From the NCBI GenBank assembly GCA_032718475.1, contig JAUCBJ010001292.1, forward strand, positions 1-36,021: DNA of 36,021 bases, read 5' to 3'. The translations under genes were made by a program, and so were the position numbers. Source of the DNA: Nemertoderma westbladi. Its lineage: Eukaryota; Animalia; Xenacoelomorpha. The notes under the pieces are model-generated. The model worked only from the letters and a program-made list of their open reading frames with translations, made no database searches and was not told where the DNA came from. Positions 22,449-32,925 of this stretch are shown one piece after another (positions within the stretch are counted from its first letter, which is position 1; every line of letters begins with the position of its first letter).

Positions 22449-22941
22449 ACTAATGTGTGCATTGTACTTGACACAATGAACCCGGCGTAGCATTCTTGTG
22501 AATGTGCCATCCAGAGATTTGGTGTCCTCAGCAGTTAGAGCCCAGCATGGACTCCCGTAGAGGAGTACTGGAACTACTGCTGCTCTAAATAATCGGACCT
22601 TGAGTTTCCGATTAATTCTCGGTGACTTCCAAATCCTGGAAAGCCTATTCAAGGCTGCCCATGCCTTTCCCTTACGTATTCGAAGGTCCTCACCTGACTT
22701 CCGGATCCATGATCCCAGGTAACAGAAGTTGTCCACATGCTCAAGCATACCATCCTTTGAGCTTATGCTCATCCGATCAGAGACTTGCTGAGGACTTTCA
22801 AAGTTAACTGTCAAAATTGTGGTCTTTCTGGAGGTAATAAAAAGACCAACACTAGAAGCAGAATGTTCTAATGAGCTGAGGAGCCGTTGGGCTCCCTCTA
22901 ATGATTCTGAGAGTACTCCTAAGTCATCAGCAAAGTCTATC
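22449..22941 (-). mobile_element. RTE-clade LINE reverse transcriptase fragment
   Basis: Translation IDFADDL...AQRLLSSLE..ASSVGL...VDNFCYLGSWI...RKGKAWAALNRLSRIWKS...LKVRLFRAAVVPVLLYG..CWALT...LDGTFTRMLRR. Flanked by a 22-bp direct repeat at 22427-22448 and 22942-22963. Confidence 0.88.
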
Positions 22942-23835
22942 TGATCAACATTGAGGTTTCCAAGCTAAATTCTCACATGTGAATGAATAATACAGTATGT
23001 CACACACTTTAGGTATGTTGCTACATAGTCGGATCCCAAGTGGGGTTTCTCATGGGGCTTTAATGTGGATCAGTTGGCGAAAATCTTCAAAAGTTACTTA
23101 CGAATGAATTTTTCGTTACAGACAGACAAGCGGACAGAACGACCGACTGGAGATGAAATTTTGCCCTATTTTTACTAATTGCAATTGTGCGCTAAGGCTT
23201 GCCCTGACTGCGTGACTCGTCCCACAGAACACCAAACTCTCCAACCAACTACACTCAACTTTGACTCACTTTCACCCAACTACACTCCACTTCCACCCAA
23301 CTCTCACCCAACTACACCCAACTTTCACCCAACTACCCCCAACAACACCCAACTTTCACCCAACTACACCCAATTCTCCACCCAACTACACCCAACTATC
23401 ACCCAACTACAGTACACTCAACATTGTCTCACTTCCACCCAACTACACTTACCTTTCACCACTTTCTCGCAGGTCAGGATTTTTGAAAATAAAAAATTAT
23501 AAAGCAAATTATAAAATTGTCAAAAACCATACAAATCCTAATCTACGTCGCTTTTTTGGATGTGAAGATGAGTAGGACATACAGTACAATATATCTAATG
23601 TTTAGTTCTGAGGCATAACAGCGAGAACATGCGAGCCACGTAGTAAAGGCGAGCCTTAACGCACTATGATAATTAGTAAATACTGGAAAATTTATTTCGA
23701 GTTATTATCATATTCGAGTTAGTGAAATATTGAAACGAGGGACCGAAGTGAGATAAAAGTACATTATACACTATAATATGTTGTTTTATTGTTAATTTAT
23801 TGTTATTACTAATAAATTTATTAATATATTGTTAT

Positions 23836-23919
23836 TACTTAACGCTCGTCTATGGACGAGCCGCAAATAATCCATCTATCTACTGTATTTACGGCTTGTC
23901 CAAGGACAAGCGTTAAGTA
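23836..23919. mobile_element. 84-bp hairpin mini-MITE
   Basis: tacttaacgctcgtctatggacgagccgcaaata is an imperfect reverse complement of tatttacggcttgtccaaggacaagcgttaagta; 16-nt loop. Confidence 0.7.
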
Positions 23920-24463
23920 CGGTAATTCAGAAATTTAACAATAAAATATTATAATTATCCTTTGTATCATATTACAAGAAAGATTGTAACATACAGTAGT
24001 CTTTATTTTCAACAGTTTTATTCTAAACTTCGTGGCCTTTATATTAATTTGATCTTATCTTTCGTTTATTATTTTGGTTCCATGAGAAATTTATTATTCG
24101 CCTATATTATACAGAAAGTACTTTATTTGCTAACCATTAAGATTGGATCAGGGAGCCAAATGGAGTGTAAACTTGAGACATGTAAAATGTAATGAGAAAT
24201 GTAAAAAGTTCTAAAATTATTTCTGTTGTTTCGTTAAAAATTAATTAATACAGTATAAAGGCTATAAAGTTTAAGATAAAGAAGCTGAAAATAATGTTAC
24301 AGTTTATTTTCTTGTATTCTATGATACATAAAGGATAATTACATTATTATAATTGCATTAAACATACTGTATAATATAGAACTTATGTCCATTAACTTTG
24401 TACGAATTATCTGCATTGCTATTCCCACAGCAGAAGTTTCCAATAATGCGATTTCGTCGTTAA

Positions 24464-25173
24464 GGGGGGGTACACCATTTTCGGCCAACTCTTCGATTTA
24501 TCACTCTCAGCGTTTCAAAATTGTTTGATTTTGGCTAAAATTTGGCATATAGGTGCCTAAGATGCTATTCTACATGACAGGTCAGAAAATTTTTTTTTTT
24601 CGCTATTGAATATTAGTTAATACTAGTTAACAACAAAAAAAACTTGGTTGCGTTTAAAACCCTAAGGCTTTTACAGTTTTGAACCTAATCATATGAAAGT
24701 TTTTTTATATGATAGATCAAAGATGGGGCAACATAACTATCAGGCGAAATTTTGTTAAAATAATTCTGCACCGCTAGGTGGCGCTGCAAATTTATGCAAA
24801 TTTTTAGGTTTTTTATAAATAGTATTAAATTTTATTAACAAAAAATTTCGAAAAGTTGCCTGATACTTTTATGCAGGGTGGCTATCTAGACACCCACAGA
24901 AAGTTTCAGACTAATTGCTCAAAAATTGTAGAAGTAGTAGGGTTTTGAAGTCGAGAATTTCATAAAAAATTTTTTTGGAGATAATCGACCTTTCATTATA
25001 TATAGTAATAGTAATTTCAATAGGATTCCGTAAATGGAAATTTACATAACTTGAAAACTAAAAGAGCTATTAAATAGCGGTTTTCAGATATGGAAACACC
25101 ATTCAATGGTGCATTACAATAGACCATAAAAAAAATTTCGACATATTTTGGACCAAAATGGTGTACCCCCCCC
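24464..25173. mobile_element. 710-bp non-autonomous TTAA transposon, Kolobok-type (GG...CC ends)
   Basis: TTAA TSD at 24460-24463 and 25174-25177. TIR gggggggtacaccatttt / aaaatggtgtacccccccc. The empty single-TTAA site survives in the opposite foldback arm (cagccttaacgacg, ~21541-21554). Confidence 0.9.
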
Positions 25174-26228
25174 TTAAGGCTGTGACGGTGACCCTCCTGT
25201 GTATCAATACCGTTTTCATTTTCACCGCAATCCCACAGCGCCAGTTTAGTTTGTACTGTAGCTTAGTTTGGAGTTTTGATGCGTGGTATGTGTAGACATC
25301 TATAGGTATCTGGATCGTTCGTCAATAGTCTCTGTGTCTCTCCTTTGTATATTTTTTGCTAAATTCATCAATTATTCTAGAATCAACCTGCAATAAAAAT
25401 AAAATGTTAGTTAGTTATTTTCATAATTGCAGGGCAGTGATGGCAAAATACAGCACGAGTACATGCAACTTTTAAAAGTTCATATCTCAGCAATTCCTCA
25501 AAGAAGTTCAGAGTTTGTTACTGTACATATTGTAATTTGTGGAAGATAGGTGCCATACAGTATAGAGTTTGGTGTAAGTTGGATGCTGTTGTGTTGAAGT
25601 TGGGTGTAGTTGGTGAAAGTTGGGTGTAGTTGGGTGAAAGTTGGGTGAAAGTTGGGTGTAGTTGGGTGAAAGTTGGGTGTAGTTGGGTGTAGTTGGGTGT
25701 AGTTGGGTGAAAGTTGGGTGTAGTTGGGTGATTAGGCTGACCCTTATTACAGTACTGCAGTATTAGCATTAGGCCTATATTTCAGGTAGGCCTATTTATA
25801 AACATGACATAAATCTGCATAGGCCTATTGAAAATAGAAGCACAATATATAGCTGTATAGTGCAGTAGTGTTATAGAGCCAACCAGCTGACCAGTCCACA
25901 CAGTACAGCAGTACTTTCGATACTGGTCTGATGGTATAGTGCAGCCAGACAGCTGTACAGTTGTATTGTACATTTAGTACATTCCAGCATTCAGACATCA
26001 GTATACAGTGTGATGTAATCAGTGCCTGAGTGTTCCTGACTAACGTACTGATGTACTGTCTGATTGTCTGACTGCACTGTAGGGCCTACTGCCTACTACT
26101 CAGCTTGTCAGCTACAGTACTCTGACTCTGGTACTAGGCTACTTTGTTTGTATTCAGTTCATACTTCATACTGTACTACTGCAGTACTGTACAGTACATG
26201 GTACACTGCAGCGCTGCACGGTGTTGTC

Positions 26229-26450
26229 GCGTTTCGGCAACTGATAGTAGCGTTCAGGCGTTAGAGCCGCGTTTCGGCAACTAATAGTCGCGTTTCGGCA
26301 ACATGGTAACAAAGTTGCGTTTCGGCAACTGAGTGATGCATTTCGGCAACTCATAGTTTCATTTCGGCATCTCATAGTTGAGTTGCGCATTTCGGCAACT
26401 GTTAACAGGATGCGCTTAGGCAAACTGATAGATGCGTTTCGGCAACTCGT
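26229..26450. repeat. Interspaced short repeat GCGTTTCGGCAACT, ~9 copies; probably a transposon subterminal array
   Basis: Copies at about 26230, 26268, 26290, 26317, 26338, 26359, 26387, 26413 and 26434, separated by short variable spacers. Confidence 0.8.
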
Positions 26451-26989
26451 AAACAAAGGCTAACTGGATACTGTATGAATCTCAACGTCACCATCATCGC
26501 ATAATTGTATCAATAACATATAGGGCAGAGCAAATCAGTATTATTTATTACCTTTTCCTCATTACATTTCCCATTGTTCATTTTCATTCTACATTATTAT
26601 TTTACCCAAGCCTACTCCAACTACTTCGAGTTATATAGAAACTGATGTTATTAATTCCATATATTGTCCACATATTATTCCATATATTATAAGTCTATTA
26701 TAATTCAACCTGATATTACTGTATAATTCAATCTGATTTTAATTCATACAGTAAACTGTTTATCTATTCCCCTTTTCAATTTTGGTTACTCGCGTTCGAC
26801 TCAGTAGATAGAGTTATTTTATTTAGAATCCGACATATCCCATGATCAGTTTGAGCCCAAAATGGAGAGCGTACAATGATTATAGTACTAGTATAGTATA
26901 GTATATTAGTATAGTATTATCTATTAGTATAGTATTATACTAATTTTAGGTTAATTTGAGTAACAGCTGTCCAGCGTCACGGACGGAAC

Positions 26990-27215
26990 GTCATGGGTGA
27001 AAACCAAAGAATATTCAACACCCACCCCAAAAAAGCCTTAGTCGGCTGTCCGTCATCGTCGTTAGAAATTTTTAAAATCTATTAAGTCGGTAAATCTTTG
27101 ATGAAATGGAACCAAACTTGGTACACATGTAGTTTTTAAAAGGTTTAGAAATTCTACACACAGACACACTCAAGATCTATAATTAATCTGTCGACCGCTA
27201 GGGGACGAATATGAC
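26990..27215. mobile_element. Decayed non-autonomous DNA element fragment (Helentron/DINE-like style)
   Basis: ctgtccgtc..., aaccaaacttggtacacatg and ccgctagggg motifs are typical of such invertebrate repeats. Ends undefined. Confidence 0.3.
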
Positions 27216-28519
27216 TATGTCCACAAATTGTACCTCTACTCGAAGGCTTATCTGGACTAACGTACTGCGCGAAGTCCACACAAACGTGTAGGCCTACTGT
27301 ATTTCTTACAGTTTGGGTAAACGCCAAAAATTACGCTACTGCCTGTTTTATGGGCTGCCACCAACCAGGCGCCATCATTGCCAAATTCCCAAGTTTTTTG
27401 TAAACATTCACTAGGATACTTGTATATATACTGTAGGCCTATTATCTTGTTCTGTCTCGTAAATTTTCATGCAGTCATGTACTGCACCTGCAGACCTGTA
27501 AGTATGATTACAACTGTGATTCTCGTTTCTAGTAGCAAAATCATAATTAAATAAATCACAACTGTGTTGAATCGTTATTTTTAATTTGGATTTCTTCTTC
27601 ACTCTCCCCCTCTCATTCCTCTTGATTATATTTTTTTGACACATTTTCGCCAAACTCTCTCTCTCTCTCTCTGATATGATATTATATCTGACAGTGTCTG
27701 TAGTCCTCCGTGTATGTACCGTGCGTAAAGGCTTCCATGGGGGTCTATAATAGTTTTCAATGGAGTTGTTCAATGATTGATTATTAAATAGAAAATGATT
27801 ATTTGTATATTAGGCCCTACGGTGGTGATTTGTGGCCTTTTACCCTGTATCAATAATCTTACCTTACTCTTGGGGTAAAGTAAAATGATTACCAATCTTT
27901 TTACTCCACTTCCACTATTGTTCAACAATTTAGCTTAATCCAAAATTATTTCCAAAAAGTATAGGCTATGTAAAGTATCAGCAAACTGTCGCGAATCATT
28001 GCCATGAAGTCGTTTTCATAAAAAAAAAGTCATCGTATTTTCCTCTTAAAACGGCGCAAGGGTACAACGATGAGCTCGACAAATGTTGTAATACAGTAAT
28101 ACAATACTGTACAGCAAATACAGTAATAAAACGAGTTTATAGAATGAAAAAACGTCACTTTAGGCCTACGATGTCCGAATTATATGCGTTCCAGTCGCGA
28201 CAAGACGTACGCAGTAGATCTGTAGGTTAAACTAACCGAGTAACCTGTCTCGAAAAATGCGAGATTTGTGTTTGGATTTATATCAGTATTTAAAACTATC
28301 ACCTAGGCGCGCTTTTCTCAACCAAAACAATGAATGATAGGCTTTGCAATAACGATATCATCGTTACTGAGTGAAAAAGGCAGAGGCGGATTTTTTAACT
28401 AAAGCAATTCGAATCGGCCTGTTGCTGCTCCATTGCAGCTGCATATTGAGATGCCATGATGGCTTAACAAAAATAACTTTTCCCCCACCAGCCAGTCCAC
28501 AATTGTCATGGTCCAATGC

Positions 28520-28640
28520 AGCGTCATTAATAATGGTATATCTGGTATGCGGGCTAATCGACAAAGTTTGCGCAGCCACAACTCCCTATCCACCATGACT
28601 TTCGCGAGATCATCCGCATCTTCAAGGTCAGTGTTCTTCT
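28520..28640 (-). mobile_element. RTE LINE C-terminal fragment
   Basis: Translation KNTDLEDADDLAKVMVDRELWLRK resembles the RTE ORF C-terminal DTGL....L...M.DR..W motif. Confidence 0.5.
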
Positions 28641-30145
28641 AAGGCCAACTACAACAAGTATACAATTTTTTTATTCAAATACTAACAAATTCTAAAACAT
28701 TCTACGTACGAAACACAGTAAGACGTTGGTGTAATATTAAAGAATATTAAATATAAATATACTGTATTTTCAAGAAAATATTTCGCACAATTGAAATAGA
28801 CTTAGGAGCACTTTTTCCGTAGTATAAAGAATAAAACTAAATAAAAGTATATAAGTATAAAATTGAAGTACTGTAGATGTTGGTCATTCATCATTTGTAC
28901 TTACTAGCATACCCAAGCAGCCAAGGCCTAATACAGTGATAGTATTAAGTAGGCCTTGAGCATACCGTAGTGTAACTCCTGTGTACCGGTATCGCGGTAC
29001 CGGTATCTGATCTGGGTCCAGTCACATTTCAAGTACTGAAGTACCGGTACCTACAGTACAAATGCAATACAAAATATTCTAAATTTTTATTAATTTACGA
29101 GTTTGTACAGTGAATTTGTTGAGGCTATGGAGGATTTGTATATTATTGGTAAATTTGGTTTATTATTTTGGATAGGTTTAGTTGGTAAGTCAGAAGGTTG
29201 TAAGATCTTAACCCTAATTCAGTAGGCCTAATTAAAACTGGCATGTACCGGTAGATGTAACCCTAACTCTACTCCCAAGTCATAATCTAAAAAAATTAGA
29301 GGAATTTCCGACATTATTGCCATAAGCAGGTAAGGGCCGATAAAGGCAATAGTCCGAACCGAACCCGACAGCCCGAAGTTCCTCTAAATTGTCCTAAATT
29401 CCTCTCAAAAAAATATTTTTATTCCTAAATCCCAACATTACTTTACTCATAAGTATATAGTTATTATTGTTAATCATAACAATCAATTTTTATTGTGAAT
29501 ATTTCATTGCACATAGCCTACTGTTCACTGTTTACTGTACCCTTGTATTTATTTTATTTTATATTTTCAGCACCGCTTCGGTCTATTCTACTGCACCGTT
29601 TTATGCTTTTTTATTTTGAATTTTTATGTAAATATGATATTTTTATTCATTGCACCAAAAAATTTTTCTCAATTTTCAGAAATTCGTAGACTATGACATT
29701 GTTGCGTTAATTTTATTTTGTAGAATATATTTCTGTATTTTTGTGTAATTTTAGAGCTTGCTCGGGCAACCATAAGTGTTTAATTTTAATAACCTGGTTG
29801 TTTTCTTTCCTCATGTACATTTAATTTAATTTTTTATAAATACATAGAGTGTAGAGTGATATAATAATAATAATTTCTTAGATTATGACTTAGGGATAGA
29901 GTTCGTTACATGACAGACAGTTTTAATTACTGAATTATGGATAGGCCCCCACTACTGCACTACTGTAAACTGCCCAACAAAATGTAGGTATTCCAATCGT
30001 GACTTTCCCGCTCCCGGTATTTTGTATCTGTATAGATAGAACTTTTCTCGACTGCTCGATGACCATCAAGACTGTTAAGATATCAGGCTTTGTCCAGTTG
30101 TCATATCAATAAGTACATGCGTGTCCTAGTCACCGTATTATGCAT

Positions 30146-30249
30146 AGTTGCGGGTAAGGTCTGAAGGTTACAGTTATAGACCGCATCGGTCTGTAATAAT
30201 AGAATAATCGGTCTATAACTGTTGTACAGTTGTACCCTTACCCGCAGCT
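30146..30249. repeat. ~100-bp imperfect palindrome (MITE-like) upstream of VPS26C
   Basis: agttgcgggtaagg pairs with ccttacccgcagct, and acagttatagaccg pairs with cggtctataactgt. Confidence 0.7.
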
Positions 30250-30445
30250 TTGTCACATCGGTCATTCAACTTAAAAGAGTAAATAGATTCTAATACAGTA
30301 ATATAGCATACCGGTTCATTATTATTAGCAGTACAGCAGTTAGAATATTTCAGTATTTCTTTGGCATAATTATTATTCATTAATTTATTTTTAAATTAAA
30401 TATTTCCTGCGTTTATGACTGTATGAATTGAGTAAAGGAAGAGTA

Positions 30446-31330
30446 ATGTCGGTAGATATCCGTTTAAAGAGGGTTGACAAGACGTACCGCGAAGGCGAGA
30501 CCTTGTCTGGGATTGTTATCGTACATAGCAAAGGCGACATGTCGCATCTGGGAGTCTTATTGACGATGGACGGTTCGGTCAATCTACAACTCAGTGCCAA
30601 ATCAGTTGGAATGTTTGAGGCATTCTACAATTCTATTAAACCTTTACAGCTACTGCAATATGGCCTAGAAGTAGCGAAACCCGGCAAGTTTCCATCCGGA
30701 AAAACCGAGTTACCTTTCGAAGTTCCTTTAAAACCCAAAGGAAATAGAACCCTATATGAGAGTTACCACGGAGTCTATGTGAATATATTATACCAACTGA
30801 AAGTCGATGTGAAACGATCAGTGCTTAGTAAACATCTGACTTGTCAAAGCGAGTTTGTTATCAACAATATTCCTAAAGAAGTTAATGAGAAATTCAAGTC
30901 GATACCTTTCACGATTTCTCCTGATTCGTTAGCTAATATTAAAGGCCGGGCAGCTGTTCCCAGTTTTAAGGTCCATGGGGTTATCGATTCGACTACTTGT
31001 AGAATCTCGCAGCCTTTCACGGGCCACATTGTGGTGGACCATTCGGATACGGCGATTAAGTCTGTGGAGTTACAGTTGGTTCGGGTTGAGACTTGCGGTT
31101 GTGCGGAAGGATACTCTAAGGACGCCTCCGAGATACAGAACATACAGATAGCCGACGGAGATGTGTACCGTGGACTCAGTATACCCATCTATATGGTATT
31201 CCCGAGACTGTTTACTTGCCCCTCCCTCGTCGCAACCAACTTTAAGGTTGAATTCGAACTTAATATTGTTATTCTACTAGAAGATAACCGAATAATTACA
31301 GAAAATTTTCCTATTCAAATTATTCGCTAA
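30446..31330 (+). CDS. VPS26C: Retriever subunit VPS26C (DSCR3), 294 aa, intronless
   Basis: MSVDIRLKR..K.Y..GE.LSG, VNLQLSAKSVGMFEAFYNSIKP, KPGKFPSGKTELPFE, LYESYHGVYVNI, IKSVELQLVRVETCGCAEGYSKDASEIQNIQIADGDV, IPIYMVFPRLFTCP, ITENFP. Real ATG at 30446; the ORF-track start is a TTG. Confidence 0.96.
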   Translation: MSVDIRLKRVDKTYREGETLSGIVIVHSKGDMSHLGVLLTMDGSVNLQLSAKSVGMFEAFYNSIKPLQLLQYGLEVAKPGKFPSGKTELPFEVPLKPKGNRTLYESYHGVYVNILYQLKVDVKRSVLSKHLTCQSEFVINNIPKEVNEKFKSIPFTISPDSLANIKGRAAVPSFKVHGVIDSTTCRISQPFTGHIVVDHSDTAIKSVELQLVRVETCGCAEGYSKDASEIQNIQIADGDVYRGLSIPIYMVFPRLFTCPSLVATNFKVEFELNIVILLEDNRIITENFPIQIIR

Positions 31331-32644
31331 TTTTGTTACAATTTTGATTTGCTACCGTAATTAAATGTATTCAAACACTGCCTCGCAGTTTCAGTACATA
31401 AACTACACTTATTTCAATTATAATTGAAAAATAATTAGTTATTTGCTTATTAATTTGGTCATAATTAATTAATTGTTAATTTAGATTGATTATATTCGTG
31501 TAGATTATGTCATCATTGTTTTCTTAGAACAATTTTCATTTCGCGCAGAAATGATACAATTTTAGAAAACAAGTACATAATACGTATTAACTATAAACAT
31601 TAACCAAGGCAATCGAAATATAAGGTCTGCTCACTACATTCTAGAATATCTCAATCAGCTGATATAAGAAGTCATACTTTTTGGGATTTTATTATTACTG
31701 TAGGGTAAAATAGCATTATTTAGAAGTTGTTTTACTCGAGTTGGCGAAATAATATTTCATCAAATTATTATAAATTTGAAGATGAAAGGCAGGACATTAC
31801 TATGCTTTGTATCACCTCTGTTTGTTAGGCTAGAAGCCAATCTTATAACGGCTCCGCCTCCGACCTACTAAAAATGGTTGTTGTATTAAGGGTGATGATT
31901 GCGTATATTATTAGCACGTTAAAGCCTTTTTTCTTAAATTTTTACTTTTTTTGTTCGAATATACGGATACCCCAAAATCGGGAGAAAAATAAGTACTTTT
32001 TTCCCTAGGGAGAAAAGTACTTCTAGGATAGCAGTGGTTTTACTTTTTTTCACAAGCGGAAAATATGTTACGCTGTGCTATTTGGTATTGCGAAATTAAT
32101 TACATACATTAAGTATAATTATAGAACATATTGAAATATGTGTTCACCATTCCTGTTCAAAAGTAAAAAAAATTAAATATATTTTATAATTTAAGTATTG
32201 GGTTTGTTTACTTAAAATGATCATAGAAAATTAGGGAAATGAAAATGAGAACGAATGTGTCCAGAATATCGAATGGAGGTTGTGTTTTTTGTCCCCCCCA
32301 CAGGCTGGTACTGTTCATTTGTATAATAGAATAATTAGTTTAAATACTTATAATTCTATTTCTAGAACTATTTCATATTATAGAACTATATGTTTATGAA
32401 ATTTATGTAATGATAATTTTAATAGTTAGTTATACAATATTTGTGTGCGGAGATTGTATTTCAGTTCCTGATTCAATAATGTAAATAGAGCCCGAGGACC
32501 CTCTAAAACTTGAATTATCAATCACCAAACCTCCGGTTCCGTCTCCGGCTGGAGCTCATATTGTAACCCGGATGAACCTCCGGGCTCCGGCTCCTTATCT
32601 CTGTCGCATCCCTATTGTATCCAACCATTTACCGTTACTGGTTC

Positions 32645-32925
32645 TACTGCTTCCCGAGGGCAGTAGTAAAACCAATACTCTTATATTGGAGTCCATGCTG
32701 GGCCCCAACTGTAGGGGATACCAAAGGATGACACTTACACAAGAATGCACTCCGGGTTTATTGTCTCAAGTACAAGGAACACATTTCCAATCAGACTCTG
32801 CACAACATTGGAGGTGTTTCATTAGTCGCCCCTAGCTTTACACTTGTACAGAGAGGCTTCCGCTTTGTAGGTCATTGCTTTCGTCGCGAAAAGCATCAAG
32901 TACATAATCTTGTGCTTTGGGGCAA
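32645..32925 (+). mobile_element. Degraded RTE LINE fragment, same family as 22449-22941
   Basis: ggagtccatgctggg...ccaaa...acaagaatgc...ccgggtt.attgt.tcaagtacaa...cacatt aligns to the other copy and continues EHISNQTL...FRFVGHCFRR...LVLW, with frameshifts. Confidence 0.75.

Larger units (their letters stand above)
20993..25743. mobile_element. Non-autonomous foldback / Mutator-like (MULE) element, 4751 bp, ~0.8-kb net TIRs, 9-bp TSD
   Basis: TSD ttattacag at 20984-20992 and 25744-25752. Termini cggtcagccta / taggctgaccc. Arms 20993-~22062 and ~24197-25743 are reverse complements. Subterminal CACCCAACT(A/TT) tandem arrays. No transposase seen. Confidence 0.9.

Noticed and set aside
20853-25769. 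Pro/Thr/His-rich ORFs (20853-21336, 23179-23575, 25518-25769)
   Set aside because: Open in several frames because they read through the CACCCAACT arrays of the foldback element.
26229-26450. CRISPR-like repeat/spacer pattern and ORF 26166-26456 (CRNA repeats)
   Set aside because: Repeat is only 14 bp, spacers are too short and irregular, and there are no cas genes. The ORF is a repeat translation.
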